Part shown: positions 43,201-53,183 of the stretch, one piece after another | How the letters are laid out: every line of letters starts with the position of its first letter | How positions within the stretch are numbered: position 1 is the first letter of the stretch | Source of the DNA: Sedimentisphaerales bacterium | GTDB taxonomy: Bacteria > Planctomycetota > Phycisphaerae > Sedimentisphaerales > Anaerobacaceae | Assembly (NCBI GenBank): GCA_963708075.1 | Contig: OY970194.1 | Location: 6,944,001 to 7,008,000 of the forward strand | DNA: 64,000 nucleotides | Direction of reading: 5' to 3' | Notes under the pieces: model-generated | What the model was told of the DNA's origin: nothing | Seen by the model: only the letters and a program-made list of their open reading frames with translations | Databases searched by the model: none | Position numbers and translations under genes: made by a program

Positions 43201-43949
43201 GAGCCTCTGCCGGTCATCTGGGAGCACCGCCGGTACCACAGGGCTGTCCTCGATCCCAGTGGCAGGATCTTCTCCCAACTGGACCGCCAGGATCACCCCG
43301 TGAGGAAGGTGGTCGTGCATGGGTACATCTTTGCCGTGGCCGACGTGCGCGGCTCCGGGGCGTCGTTCGGCACACGCGTGGACCCGACTCCGCCCCAGGA
43401 GAGTCTCGACGCCTACGACATTACGGAGTGGTTGGCAACGCAGCCCTGGTGCACCGGCCGCGTGGGGATGTATGGGATCTCCTACTCCGGCACCGACCAG
43501 TTGACGGCCGCCGCGACATCACCCCCGCATCTCAAGGCCATCTTCCCCGAGATGGTCATGTTCGACCTCTACGATTTCTGCTATCCCGGCGGCATCTGTC
43601 GCCACACCTTCCTGCGAAACTGGCAACAGCAAGTCCGGGCTCTGGATTTGCATCAGGCGCAGAAAGCGGCCCCGGTGGACGCCCCCGAGGAGAAGGCGAT
43701 TCGCTCCGCCGAGCAATGGCCCTTGCCGCAAGTGAAACCGGTGGCGTTTCACTTCTGCAGCGGCCCGTCCGGGTCCGTCAAGTCCGCCAACGATGGTTTG
43801 CTGAGTTCCTCGGCGGGCGGCCCCGGCGTTGATTCGTACGTCGTGGACTACAGCACCACGAGCGGCAGCAGAGCACGCCGGCGCCAACCATGAATGTGCT
43901 TCGAGGTGGTCGGCATCCCTCGCGCATAGTCCTGCCTATCGTGGATTGA
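43201..43949 (+). pseudogene. CocE/NonD-family hydrolase remnant with internal deletions
   Basis: DVRGSGASFG, DAYDITEWLATQPWC.GRVGMYGISYSG, then abrupt jumps to WPLP and to the terminal HPSRIVLPIV* in another frame; no start or signal peptide. Confidence 0.75.
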
Positions 43950-43979
43950 CTGGCGGCTGTCCCGCGCGTGACTGCGAGA

Positions 43980-45917
43980 TTAACCGTAGCTGGCAACCAC
44001 AGTGATCTGCCTGGCGGGTGGCACATCAACGTCCACCAGGGCGTAGGTTTGTCCCCACACCGAGCGGAGCGAAAACGGCTGGGGATGCCCATCGATGCAC
44101 AGACTTCGGATCTGTCGGGAGTCTGATGTGAATGGGATCATGAGGGTCAAAGTCTCCCGGGGACCGTTGCCTGCAATATTAAAGGATAGCACGTCTTCTT
44201 GAAAGGAGATCCCTGCAAACCGGGCCGCCTCGCGTGCTTCCCAGAAGGCCAGCCAGCGGTCGGCGCTCCAGATGGGCACGTCCTGGTCATGGGCATAGGC
44301 CATGGTGTTGCGAGCCCATTCGCCTGAAAATGTGCAGTAATGCTTCGGGTGGATATTCATGACGACGGGCTCGTGGAATCGCTCGACGCTTTGCCGCAGC
44401 ATGTCGACGGACCGTTTCGTCGCTTCCTCAAGGCTCAGGCCCTGAGCGCGCCACGTACCCATCTGGACGTCGTCCTCAAACTGCGTGGGTTGCTGGTACA
44501 CGTCGATGATACGGCCGTTGGGATCGGCGAACCTCATCGGCAGGGCGGAGCCCGTCATGTAGCCGTCGAGGCCGGGAAGGTAGGAGACGTAGCTCAGGTC
44601 CATCCGAATCCCGTTACGTCGGTATGTTTTGGGCGGCTCGGCGTAGCCCGCCCAGGACACATTGTGCGCCCTGACGGTCCGGGGCCAGCGACCGAATCGG
44701 AGCACGTAAGAGGCGAGGTCCCGCCGGACCGCCTCTTCCGCCTTGGCGGGCACGCGGGTGAAAAACGGGTGGATGGACGTGCTGTGCCCTCTGGCCAGCA
44801 AGGCGGCCTCCAGATCCCGCGTCACGACGGGGTTGCCGTCGAAGAACAGGTAGAAGGACATGGAGCCGCCGAAGCTCTCCACCGCGTCGGCCTCTTGCAC
44901 AAAGGAGTCGGCTTTGGGCGACCCGCAGCCGTCGCCCGTCATGATCAGAAGCGATTTTGCCGCTTTCGGCAGGCAGTACCATCGGGGCAGAGGCTTGCGG
45001 CACTCCGTCAGCCTCAGGATCAGATCGGACAGGATGCGTTGATGAATATCCGCCTGGGGAATCCAGTCCCGGTCCGGGTCGATGAAGTCGCAGAACAGGT
45101 CATTGGGGCGGACCCCGCCGAACCCGTCGGAATCCTTACTGGCCAAGGCGGGATTCCCCTGGCGTGTGAGTGCCACGCTGCGAGCCATATCGTATACGAA
45201 GCACGCGGCCGTTCCCCACCCGTAGGTGTGAACGGTGACGGCGGGTACGGAAGAGGGTCTGTCCGGCTGATTGCAGAGGAACGCTGTGATCTGGGCCCCG
45301 TTCGGTTCGTAGACGTCGGCCTCGCCGTGAAATTGGATGGATTCGCTCACGAGCGATTCGGCCAGATCGGAGCCGGCCGGCAGGCGGATGTAGCGATCCC
45401 GCAGGACGGCGGATGTCGGCTCCAATCCCAGCAAAGAGGCCAGCTTTTTATCGGGCCTCAGGGCCAGGAGGTTTCCGCCCTCGGCGACATAACGGCAAAA
45501 GGTTTCGACCAGGTCATCCCGCATCCGCATCCGTGTCAGGATGACAATGTCGCAAGCCTTGAGAATCGCCGGGGTAACATGGGTCACGTCGATCGTCTGA
45601 AACTCGTGGAGACCTTCCGTAAGGAGGATTTCGGCGAGGTAGTTGCCGAACCCGTTCTCCGGGTCTCCATCATCCGTGACTACGAGGACGGGCTGGTTTG
45701 GCTCATCGCTGAAATCTGGCACACTGGCAGCCGGCTGGGCCTTCGGCTTGTCAGATGGAGGAGGATTCGTCTTGAAGAAATGCTCGGCCCGCAGGCTGAG
45801 AATGGTTCGCTTCGTCCATGTTGGGACTCCCGCCCGCTGTGCCAACACCCCCGCGCAGAACCCCACGAAAAACGTCAGCACTACCAGGGCTGACAATCCC
45901 TTCCTGCGATGAGCCAT
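43980..45917 (-). CDS. Membrane-anchored hypothetical protein, possible polysaccharide deacetylase-like domain
   Basis: N-terminal TM; IMTGD, SIHP, RAH, GYMTGS..PMRF, MNIHP motifs. Confidence 0.6.
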   Translation of the reverse strand: MAHRRKGLSALVVLTFFVGFCAGVLAQRAGVPTWTKRTILSLRAEHFFKTNPPPSDKPKAQPAASVPDFSDEPNQPVLVVTDDGDPENGFGNYLAEILLTEGLHEFQTIDVTHVTPAILKACDIVILTRMRMRDDLVETFCRYVAEGGNLLALRPDKKLASLLGLEPTSAVLRDRYIRLPAGSDLAESLVSESIQFHGEADVYEPNGAQITAFLCNQPDRPSSVPAVTVHTYGWGTAACFVYDMARSVALTRQGNPALASKDSDGFGGVRPNDLFCDFIDPDRDWIPQADIHQRILSDLILRLTECRKPLPRWYCLPKAAKSLLIMTGDGCGSPKADSFVQEADAVESFGGSMSFYLFFDGNPVVTRDLEAALLARGHSTSIHPFFTRVPAKAEEAVRRDLASYVLRFGRWPRTVRAHNVSWAGYAEPPKTYRRNGIRMDLSYVSYLPGLDGYMTGSALPMRFADPNGRIIDVYQQPTQFEDDVQMGTWRAQGLSLEEATKRSVDMLRQSVERFHEPVVMNIHPKHYCTFSGEWARNTMAYAHDQDVPIWSADRWLAFWEAREAARFAGISFQEDVLSFNIAGNGPRETLTLMIPFTSDSRQIRSLCIDGHPQPFSLRSVWGQTYALVDVDVPPARQITVVASYG

Positions 45918-46154
45918 CCTTGTACCCTCTGCTCCATATTGCCTCTGCCCGGCGTACGGGATCAGCCTCCCTGCGAGGCTTGCTGTAAGCGCATGGCAGA
46001 CACGCACTTACCGGAGGAGGGTTTCCCTTCATTCTCGCCACATGGGCGATCGGTCGAAGGTCAGAATAACTATAACAGCGATTCCGCCGTTGGCAAGCAA
46101 AAAGTTTGCCTTTACGAACAGGCGAGCAGTCGGTATCATATTGACCAGTGGTTC

Positions 46155-46226
46155 GCCGATGTAGCTCAATGGTAGAGCACGGCTTTCGTAAAGCCGGGGT
46201 TGTGGGTTCAAGTCCCACCATCGGCT
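46155..46226 (+). tRNA. tRNA-Thr(CGT)
   Basis: gccgatg/catcggc acceptor stem, cggct-ttcgtaa-agccg anticodon arm, ggttcaa T-loop; CCA not encoded. Confidence 0.96.
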
Positions 46227-46239
46227 GTCTCTGTCGTTT

Positions 46240-46260
46240 GTAGGGTGTGCTATGCACACC
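46240..46260 (+). repeat. GTAG-type REP, single
   Basis: gtagggtgtgctatgcacacc. Confidence 0.7.
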
Positions 46261-46287
46261 GCTTCCATTGATAGGGGAGAGGCGCCC

Positions 46288-47475
46288 GTGGAGTCTCGCG
46301 ACACACCGGATCAGCAGAAGGAGAGTCCTTCCAGAACCACCGCGCACAAAGGACTATTTGTCCGAGGGGCCGTCATTCTGGGGCTGGCAGTAATCGCTTT
46401 CTGGGCCACAGGTCCTGGACGCCAACTCGTTCAGCAGGCGAAGTACACCGGCAGGGCTGCAACGTTTTCCGGTGATTCGCGGAAACTCACACGGACGGTG
46501 GTTGTTCCCACGCTGGACAGCCCTTGTCCGCCCAGCAAGAACGTCATCTGGTGCTCGTCATTCCAGTTGGCGTGGAACGAGTTGAAAGACAAGGTTATCG
46601 GTGCTCCGCTGCAGGTGATTGGGGCGGAGGAGATCGCCTCCCGGCTCAATACCGCGAGGCAATCAAGCTCGGGCCTGGACCCGAAATCCTTCTACGTGGC
46701 CGGCGGCTGGGTAAAGGACGGGATCATCGACAGAATCAAAAAAGACATGGCCGCGAAGTTCCCATCCCGTGTGCTCCCGGACTTCAATGATTACAGGGGC
46801 GGTGTTCTGGCCTATTCCTACCTCAGGGCCAACGTGCCTTTCAAATGCCCCTTCGAGCAGGTGGCGGAAGGACTTGCCTTTGCTGATTCTCAGGGCGGCA
46901 AGACTCAGGTTGATGGCTTCGGCTTGCCGGAATCGCTTCAGGGCAAGTCCGAGAGAACTCGCCGGCAGATCGAGATACTGTACTACTGGGACTCCGTCCG
47001 GGATGATCATCCTGAGGAGGCATCCGAATGTGCTATCGATCTGTGCAAGTATAGTTGGCCTTATCAGGTGATTGTCGCCCAAGTGGACCTGAAAAGCTCG
47101 CTCGCAGAGACCCTTGAGTATGTTCGCGCTCAGATCGTCAAGGCAAACCGTTTCCACGACAGGCGCGCACTTAGCGGATCGGATATCCTGGAAGTGCCGG
47201 AGATGGTCTGGAAGATTGATCACCGATTCCTTGAAATCGTTGACAAGGTTCTCGCGAATGTGAAGGGGCCGATCACGGAGGCCATGCAGACGATCGAGTT
47301 CAGGCTTGATCGCTCCGGCGCGCACGTGGAGAGCGAAGCCATGCTCGCGGCTAAATCAGCATTGAAACGCCTCGTCTTTGACCGGCCGTTCCTTGTTTAT
47401 ATGCAGAAGCGAGGTGCGGAGCAGCCGTTCTTCGTCATGTGGGTGGACAACGCCGAATTGCTTGTGCGCAGATGA
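46288..47475 (+). CDS. Membrane-anchored serpin-like hypothetical protein
   Basis: NVIWCSSFQLAW near the N-terminus; FRLDRSGAHVESEA and FDRPFLVYM near the C-terminus. Confidence 0.55.
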   Translation: MESRDTPDQQKESPSRTTAHKGLFVRGAVILGLAVIAFWATGPGRQLVQQAKYTGRAATFSGDSRKLTRTVVVPTLDSPCPPSKNVIWCSSFQLAWNELKDKVIGAPLQVIGAEEIASRLNTARQSSSGLDPKSFYVAGGWVKDGIIDRIKKDMAAKFPSRVLPDFNDYRGGVLAYSYLRANVPFKCPFEQVAEGLAFADSQGGKTQVDGFGLPESLQGKSERTRRQIEILYYWDSVRDDHPEEASECAIDLCKYSWPYQVIVAQVDLKSSLAETLEYVRAQIVKANRFHDRRALSGSDILEVPEMVWKIDHRFLEIVDKVLANVKGPITEAMQTIEFRLDRSGAHVESEAMLAAKSALKRLVFDRPFLVYMQKRGAEQPFFVMWVDNAELLVRR

Positions 47476-47582
47476 CGGCCGGGGCCGGAATACTCGCGCT
47501 TGGGGGTATCCGCCTTCCTTATTATAATACGGGCAGAGGTCCCTTTAGGCTGAAGGACTTGTTGTACGGAGTTGATGGATAA

Positions 47583-47888
47583 ATGGTGTGCCCACAGTTC
47601 AAATTCGCCAAGAGCGATACATCGCCTGAAGCGCAGCGTGTTCAAGATGACATCTATCGGCGGATGTCTCCGGCCCAGAAGTTGCGGCTCGTCTTTGAGC
47701 TACAGGAAATTGGCAAACACCTGGTAATGGCTGGGCTGCGGACACGCTACCCGCAGGCGAGTGAAGAAGAAATCCGGCATCTCTGGGCACGGCAGCATCT
47801 CGGCGATCAGCTCTATGAAGAGGTATATGGGAGCCGGGGCAATTTGGGACCGAGCAAAGGCCGGGGCGGATACGTAGGACTGGCATGA
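47583..47888 (+). CDS. Small hypothetical protein (DTSPEA..MSPAQK family, often an NTase partner)
   Basis: SDTSPEAQRVQ..RRMSPAQKL..AGLRTRYPQASEEEI; ATGA overlap with larE. Confidence 0.6.
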   Translation: MVCPQFKFAKSDTSPEAQRVQDDIYRRMSPAQKLRLVFELQEIGKHLVMAGLRTRYPQASEEEIRHLWARQHLGDQLYEEVYGSRGNLGPSKGRGGYVGLA

Positions 47889-48724
47889 ATCTGACAGAAA
47901 AGCATGAATCGCTTCAGGGGATTTTGAGAGACCTGCGCCGGGTGGTGGTGGCATATTCCGGCGGGGTGGATAGCACGTTTTTGCTCAAGGCGGCCGTGGA
48001 CACGCTCGGGGCGGACAATGTTCTGGCGTGCATGAGTGTCGGGCCGAGCGAGCCGAGCCACCTGCTGGAAAGGGCAGGCAGCGTCGCCCGGAGCATCGGC
48101 GTCGAGATGATGACGATCGAGGCGGGGGAATTGGAGGATCCGAACTTCACGGCCAATAACGCGGATCGGTGCTTTCACTGCAAGTCTCATCTTTGCCGCA
48201 TGCTCCTGGACATCGCGCGGGAACGCGGCTTCGATCACGTTGTTTTCGGTGTCAATCACGACGATCTGGACGATTTCCGGCCGGGCAACCGGGCGATGAA
48301 GGTCCATGGCGTCCGCTCGCCTTTGGCCGAGGCGGGGCTGACGAAGAATGATATTCGCGAATTGAGTCGCCGGGCGGGCCTGCCGACGGCCGACCAGCCG
48401 GCGTCGCCATGCTTGGCCTCACGCATCCCGTACGGCCTGGAGGTCACGGAGCAGCGGCTGCGTCAGATCGATCAGGCGGAAACCTTCCTCCGGTCGCTGG
48501 GTTTTGTCGAGTTTCGCGTCCGCCACCACGATTCGGTGGCCCGTATCGAGGTCCCCCCGGCACAGATTGCCAAGATCATGGCCGAGCCCGTCCGCTCGAA
48601 GGTTGTCGAGCAGCTCAAGTCACTGGGCTTTCAATTCGTGACGCTGGATCTGCAGGGATTCCGCTCGGGCTCGCTGAATGAGTCGTTGTCTCAGGAGCAG
48701 AAGAAGGCCGGTCTGCAAGGGTGA
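47885..48724 (+). CDS. larE: ATP-dependent sulfur transferase LarE
   Basis: AYSGGVDS PP-loop, RCFHCK, DDFRPG, SPCLASRIPYG, RVRHH, GFRSGSLN. Confidence 0.92.
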   Translation: MNLTEKHESLQGILRDLRRVVVAYSGGVDSTFLLKAAVDTLGADNVLACMSVGPSEPSHLLERAGSVARSIGVEMMTIEAGELEDPNFTANNADRCFHCKSHLCRMLLDIARERGFDHVVFGVNHDDLDDFRPGNRAMKVHGVRSPLAEAGLTKNDIRELSRRAGLPTADQPASPCLASRIPYGLEVTEQRLRQIDQAETFLRSLGFVEFRVRHHDSVARIEVPPAQIAKIMAEPVRSKVVEQLKSLGFQFVTLDLQGFRSGSLNESLSQEQKKAGLQG

Positions 48725-48758
48725 TGCAGCCGGATGAACACTGTACGCATTTTGTCCC

Positions 48759-49715
48759 ATGTTGGAGATGTCAATGACCCCGCTATCGTTGATTCGAGCG
48801 TCTGTCTGTACATTGCTGTTCGCGTCGGGCCTGGTGTGCCGGGCAGGGGAGCCCGCTTCGAGCAAGCCGTTCGCAGATAAGCCGGAACTGTCTGTGATGA
48901 CCTTCAACATTCGCTACGGCACGGCCAACGACGGCGAGAACTCCTGGGACAAACGAAAGGACCTTGCTTTCAATGTGCTTCGCGAGCACAGCCCCGATGT
49001 CGTGGGTCTGCAGGAGGCCTTGCGATCTCAGATCGACGACATCCGGGCGGCGATGCCGGAATATACGGAGATCGGTGTCGGCCGCGATGACGGCAAGACT
49101 GCCGGCGAGTATTCCGCCATCCTCTATAAGAAGGATCGGCTGACGGTGGCCGAGTCCGGGACCTTCTGGCTGTCGGACACGCCAGAGGCGTGCGGCTCAA
49201 TCACCTGGGGCAACAACTGTACGCGCGTCTGCACCTGGGGCCGGTTCGTCCCGAAGTCCCCCGGCAAGGCCTTCTACATGTTCAACACGCACCTGGACCA
49301 CATCTCGCAATATTCGCGCGAACGCAGTGCGATCCTTCTGGCCACGCGCATCCGCGACCGGGCACAGAAGGACCCTATCGTTCTTACGGGCGATTTCAAT
49401 GTCGGCGAGGACAATCTGGTCGTGAAGTATTTCAAGGGCGAGCAGGAACTACGCATCGCCGGCGATGGCAAATCGCAAAATCCCGTCCCGCTGTTGGATA
49501 CGTTCCGCGAGCTGCACCGCGATGCCTCCGAAGTCGGGACTTTCCACAGCTTCAAGGGAACGCGATCAAACGCCAAAATCGACTACATCTTCGCCCAGCC
49601 CGGCACGAAGGTGCTGCAGGCCGAAATCCTCCACGACAACAACGACAACCACTATCCCTCGGACCACTACCCGGTGAAAGCCGCGATTTGCTTTCCTGTC
49701 CAAATGGGCAATTGA
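48759..49715 (+). CDS. Secreted endonuclease/exonuclease/phosphatase-family protein
   Basis: MTFNIR, GLQE, NTHLDH, GDFN, IDYIF, SDHYPV. Confidence 0.9.
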   Translation: MLEMSMTPLSLIRASVCTLLFASGLVCRAGEPASSKPFADKPELSVMTFNIRYGTANDGENSWDKRKDLAFNVLREHSPDVVGLQEALRSQIDDIRAAMPEYTEIGVGRDDGKTAGEYSAILYKKDRLTVAESGTFWLSDTPEACGSITWGNNCTRVCTWGRFVPKSPGKAFYMFNTHLDHISQYSRERSAILLATRIRDRAQKDPIVLTGDFNVGEDNLVVKYFKGEQELRIAGDGKSQNPVPLLDTFRELHRDASEVGTFHSFKGTRSNAKIDYIFAQPGTKVLQAEILHDNNDNHYPSDHYPVKAAICFPVQMGN

Positions 49716-49773
49716 GGATTCCCAAAAGCCCGCCATCGCTCATTGGGCAGCCGCATGGAGTTCCAACCGGTCC

Positions 49774-50421
49774 TTAGAACTTGAAGGCCACGTCGGTGCC
49801 GAGGACGTTGGTGGTGGACCAGTCGTTGTCGCGGTCGGCCTTGTTCATGTAGAACACGGTCAGGCTCATGTGTCTTCCCCAGGGCACGGACAGCCCCGCG
49901 GCAAGGCGGGTCTGGTTGATCTGGTCGGCTGTGAAATCATAGAACGCCTCCGCCGAGGCAAAGGGGGTCACGGTAAGCTCGCCGACGCGGACGGGCCATT
50001 TGAGCATGATACGCTCTCGGATTCGCCAGCGGTCCTGCTCCTCCAAGTCCCGGTACTCAGGCTGGTTTCGCCACTGAAGCAGCCAGGGCTTCATGGTCCA
50101 TCCGACCGTCAGGGGAAAGAGCAATCGATTCTCGGTCGCCCATTGCTCGTCTTCCTCGTCCCTTTGCCACCGATACCCAGCGCCAAGCGATATACTGTCG
50201 GTGAGGCTCACGGTAGGCAACACGGTGGCATTGTACTGGTAGAAGTCCGAGGCGTCGTCGAGCCACTTCTGCTCGGAAGCCACGTCGAGGGCCACCCTGT
50301 CGGTGAACTCGTGTTTGAAAACGAACTGATTCCAGTACTCCCAATCATCGGAAGCTCGGGCCGTCGAAACTAAGGCCAGCACGCCTCCCGTAATCAGCAG
50401 TTGCCAGAGGCGACAGTTCAT
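49774..50421 (-). CDS. DUF2490-like outer-membrane beta-barrel protein
   Basis: Signal peptide, alternating beta-strands, ENR, EYR, RIRER, EAFYD, terminal Phe. Confidence 0.75.
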   Translation of the reverse strand: MNCRLWQLLITGGVLALVSTARASDDWEYWNQFVFKHEFTDRVALDVASEQKWLDDASDFYQYNATVLPTVSLTDSISLGAGYRWQRDEEDEQWATENRLLFPLTVGWTMKPWLLQWRNQPEYRDLEEQDRWRIRERIMLKWPVRVGELTVTPFASAEAFYDFTADQINQTRLAAGLSVPWGRHMSLTVFYMNKADRDNDWSTTNVLGTDVAFKF

Positions 50422-50472
50422 GTTGGCTCTTTCAGGGGCATCGAGGGATCGCCTTGCATAACGGTTTGGCAA

Positions 50473-52827
50473 TCAGCGGTCTTCCACGGATTTCCGCAGC
50501 TCCCGGCAGGAATCGAAAAACTCCTCGGGTGACATGTCCCGCAGGAAGACCAGGCCGCGGGTCGCACGGATCAGGGCGCTCGGGTGATTGTAGAACCACT
50601 CCCGCCCGAGACACGTCTTGATCTTGCGGTATTGCTCGACCTGGATGCGCTGCGCCAGTTGTGAGAACGGCCCATCGTGCTCGGGGCTCGGGAAGGACGC
50701 GTCTTTTTGCGTGATGAAGGAGTTCATGAAGGCATCGTGCATCGTGGAGAACATCGCCAGGGTCACGGGCACGAAGACATTGGCCTCGGAAGGATCGAAC
50801 CGGAACCACACGTTGCGATAGCCCCAGATTCTCAGGTCGTCTTTCCCGCTGGTCTTGAGATGGACTCGGATCGCCTCGGAGATCGCCTGCATGACCTTGT
50901 AATGTGTGTCCGGCCCGCTGGCCTCGGGGTCGAACGCGACAGTCACGATGTCCGGATCGATTCGCTTGAGCTCCGCGACGATGGGCGGGACATCCTTGGC
51001 CATTGTGGGCTCCTCGGTGAAGATGTCGCCCGTATAGAAGCCCAGCCGCAGATGCCGGACGTTCTGGCATTGCCAGCCATAGTAGCCCCAGAGGCATTCC
51101 GCCTCCCACTCGCGGCACATCCCCTTGAGTTTCTGAACGTGCGGCGGGTCCTTCCTGCCGGGATACGTCGTGACGAAGTACTCCTCCAGCTCGGCGATGC
51201 GGCGGTCCATGTCCTTCAAGAAGCCCTCGCCGAACAGCTCGATCAGGTTTCGCAGCATCCGGCGGGCGCAGCCCTCCGCCTTCTCGTCCTCATCGCGAGC
51301 GGCGACGCCGTCGAGGTACTGCCACACGTCGCGATTGCGCACCGTCCCGTCGCCCGGGGCAAAGTATCCTTGCTCCAGCAGCGCCCGGAATTCGGCGGTG
51401 CCGAGGAAGCGGCGGAGGCAGACGATCTGCTCCCGCATGAACTCGTTGGTCACGGAGGTGAAGCCGCTGGTGAGCGTGGCGAAATGGTGCACGTTGTTTG
51501 CCCGGCGGAAATGGCGGACGGCCTCGGCGAAGTAGCCGAGCATGATGTCGTCGTGGTGCGGCTCAGTGTGCAGGAAGCACGTATGCTTGTAGACGCGCAC
51601 GCCATTCTCGATTCTGTCGGCAAGTCGCGAATGGACCATCGTGGCCAGGTCGTGCAGCGATTCGATCCGATTCCGCAGGACGATTGATACGGCTCGATTG
51701 GACTGGCAGTCGGCCTCGGTCAGATCGAGCAGGCGCTTGCGTTTCTGGACGGCCAGCTCGACAAGGACTCTCTCGACGTCGGCGTCGGTAATGACCTCCG
51801 CTCTTTCGAGGACCTGGATCTGCCGCTCGACAAGGCGGGCGGCGGCCCCGCGAGTCAGGTAAAATCGCGCGTTGGGCAACTGCTGCAGGCACGTCGCGGG
51901 CGTGTCGATGTTCGCCTCGGACTGGATGGCCTGGGCGGCCAAGGCGGCCTTCGCCTGGCCGGCGGCAACGACGATCGCGGTGCAGTCCGGGTTCCGCGTG
52001 ATCGTTCGCAGACCGATGGTGATCACCAGCCGCTGGCGAGCAATCTTGATACCACCCAAGTCGCTGGCGGCCGCGGCCTGCGTCTCGTAGTTGATCGGGC
52101 ACAGGCGTGTCGTCGAGTTGTGGTCGGAGCCTCGGATATTGAAACCGATGTGCCCGTCGGGCCCTATGCCGCCGAGGAAGAATCCGATCCCGCCCAACTC
52201 GCGGATCTGCTGCTCGTATTTCATGCACCATTGGTCGATGCGTTCGAGCAGGGCCTTCTGCCGGCATTCGAGCTGGCTCACGGTCTGGCGATAGCGCAAG
52301 CTCAGGTCCACACGGTTGTCGGGCCAGACATCCTTGAGGGTCTCGCCCGGCTGCAGACCGATGGCAGCCGAGTTGATCAGCAAGGCCTTGGCGGGGTCCA
52401 GCCCGAAGCCCTCGATGTAATAGTGCTGGACGTAGAAGTTGAAGCTATTGTGCTGAGCCGAGTCCATCGGATAGAACTCGTCGATTTGCACGAAGTGCAG
52501 GCTTCGCACGTCGGGCTTCTTTGCCGGATCGACGGCCGCCTGTTCCAGGGTCCTTTGCGTGTCGGGTACGTCCCAGGCTCGGAGCAATCGGCGGACCCAC
52601 TTGATGAAATGTTCCGGCGTCTTGCCCGTGGGCAGGGCGATTACGCCGCCGGGATGGTTCTGCACCCACTCGATGAAGCGCATTGCCGCCAGCTTGCCCA
52701 GCGCCGGGAAGTTCTCCACCACGATCGTGGGGATCTTCTCCGTCGGCGGATACAACACGTCAAACAACGAAGCCCGAACCGCCGCCTCTTCCACCGGCGT
52801 CAGGATGATCCGTTTATCCTCGTTCAT
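50473..52827 (-). CDS. nagB: Glucosamine-6-phosphate deaminase with C-terminal PIG-L/LmbE deacetylase-like domain
   Basis: LPTGKTP, QIDEFY, LGGIGPDGHIGFN; C-domain EPHHDD and DTH. Confidence 0.85.
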   Translation of the reverse strand: MNEDKRIILTPVEEAAVRASLFDVLYPPTEKIPTIVVENFPALGKLAAMRFIEWVQNHPGGVIALPTGKTPEHFIKWVRRLLRAWDVPDTQRTLEQAAVDPAKKPDVRSLHFVQIDEFYPMDSAQHNSFNFYVQHYYIEGFGLDPAKALLINSAAIGLQPGETLKDVWPDNRVDLSLRYRQTVSQLECRQKALLERIDQWCMKYEQQIRELGGIGFFLGGIGPDGHIGFNIRGSDHNSTTRLCPINYETQAAAASDLGGIKIARQRLVITIGLRTITRNPDCTAIVVAAGQAKAALAAQAIQSEANIDTPATCLQQLPNARFYLTRGAAARLVERQIQVLERAEVITDADVERVLVELAVQKRKRLLDLTEADCQSNRAVSIVLRNRIESLHDLATMVHSRLADRIENGVRVYKHTCFLHTEPHHDDIMLGYFAEAVRHFRRANNVHHFATLTSGFTSVTNEFMREQIVCLRRFLGTAEFRALLEQGYFAPGDGTVRNRDVWQYLDGVAARDEDEKAEGCARRMLRNLIELFGEGFLKDMDRRIAELEEYFVTTYPGRKDPPHVQKLKGMCREWEAECLWGYYGWQCQNVRHLRLGFYTGDIFTEEPTMAKDVPPIVAELKRIDPDIVTVAFDPEASGPDTHYKVMQAISEAIRVHLKTSGKDDLRIWGYRNVWFRFDPSEANVFVPVTLAMFSTMHDAFMNSFITQKDASFPSPEHDGPFSQLAQRIQVEQYRKIKTCLGREWFYNHPSALIRATRGLVFLRDMSPEEFFDSCRELRKSVEDR

Positions 52828-53183
52828 TCCTATAAGCATTCATACCCTGTGTTACTTCAAGGTCCCCGGGCGATCAGACGAGGCAATTGCTTCCATGACA
52901 AGCCTGCTTGGGGACTTCTTCGCGGTAGCGTACCAATCCCCAATCCGATCCGCAAGTCCCGCCTGCACATTGTCGCGTTCAACACGCGTGCGGCTAGCAG
53001 CCATTGAAGAGATGGCGTTCGCCCGATGGGACGCTCATTCGCGATCACACCAGGCCGGGTGTGTTCGAGCGGGTCTGCCATCGCCAACGACACCTATGAA
53101 CTCGCTGGTCGCGAGCACCCCGTTGCGGCAGAATGAAGCTGGCCGAAATCCTCCTTTTGTGGTGGATCTTCCGGGGCCGGCGG

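Noticed and set aside
46155..47500. Genomic island integrated at tRNA-Thr(CGT)
   Set aside because: No duplicated tRNA 3' end and no integrase found nearby; only accessory-looking neighbours.
52840..53183. Riboswitch (e.g. glmS ribozyme) upstream of nagB
   Set aside because: No recognisable consensus blocks by eye; a covariance search would be needed.
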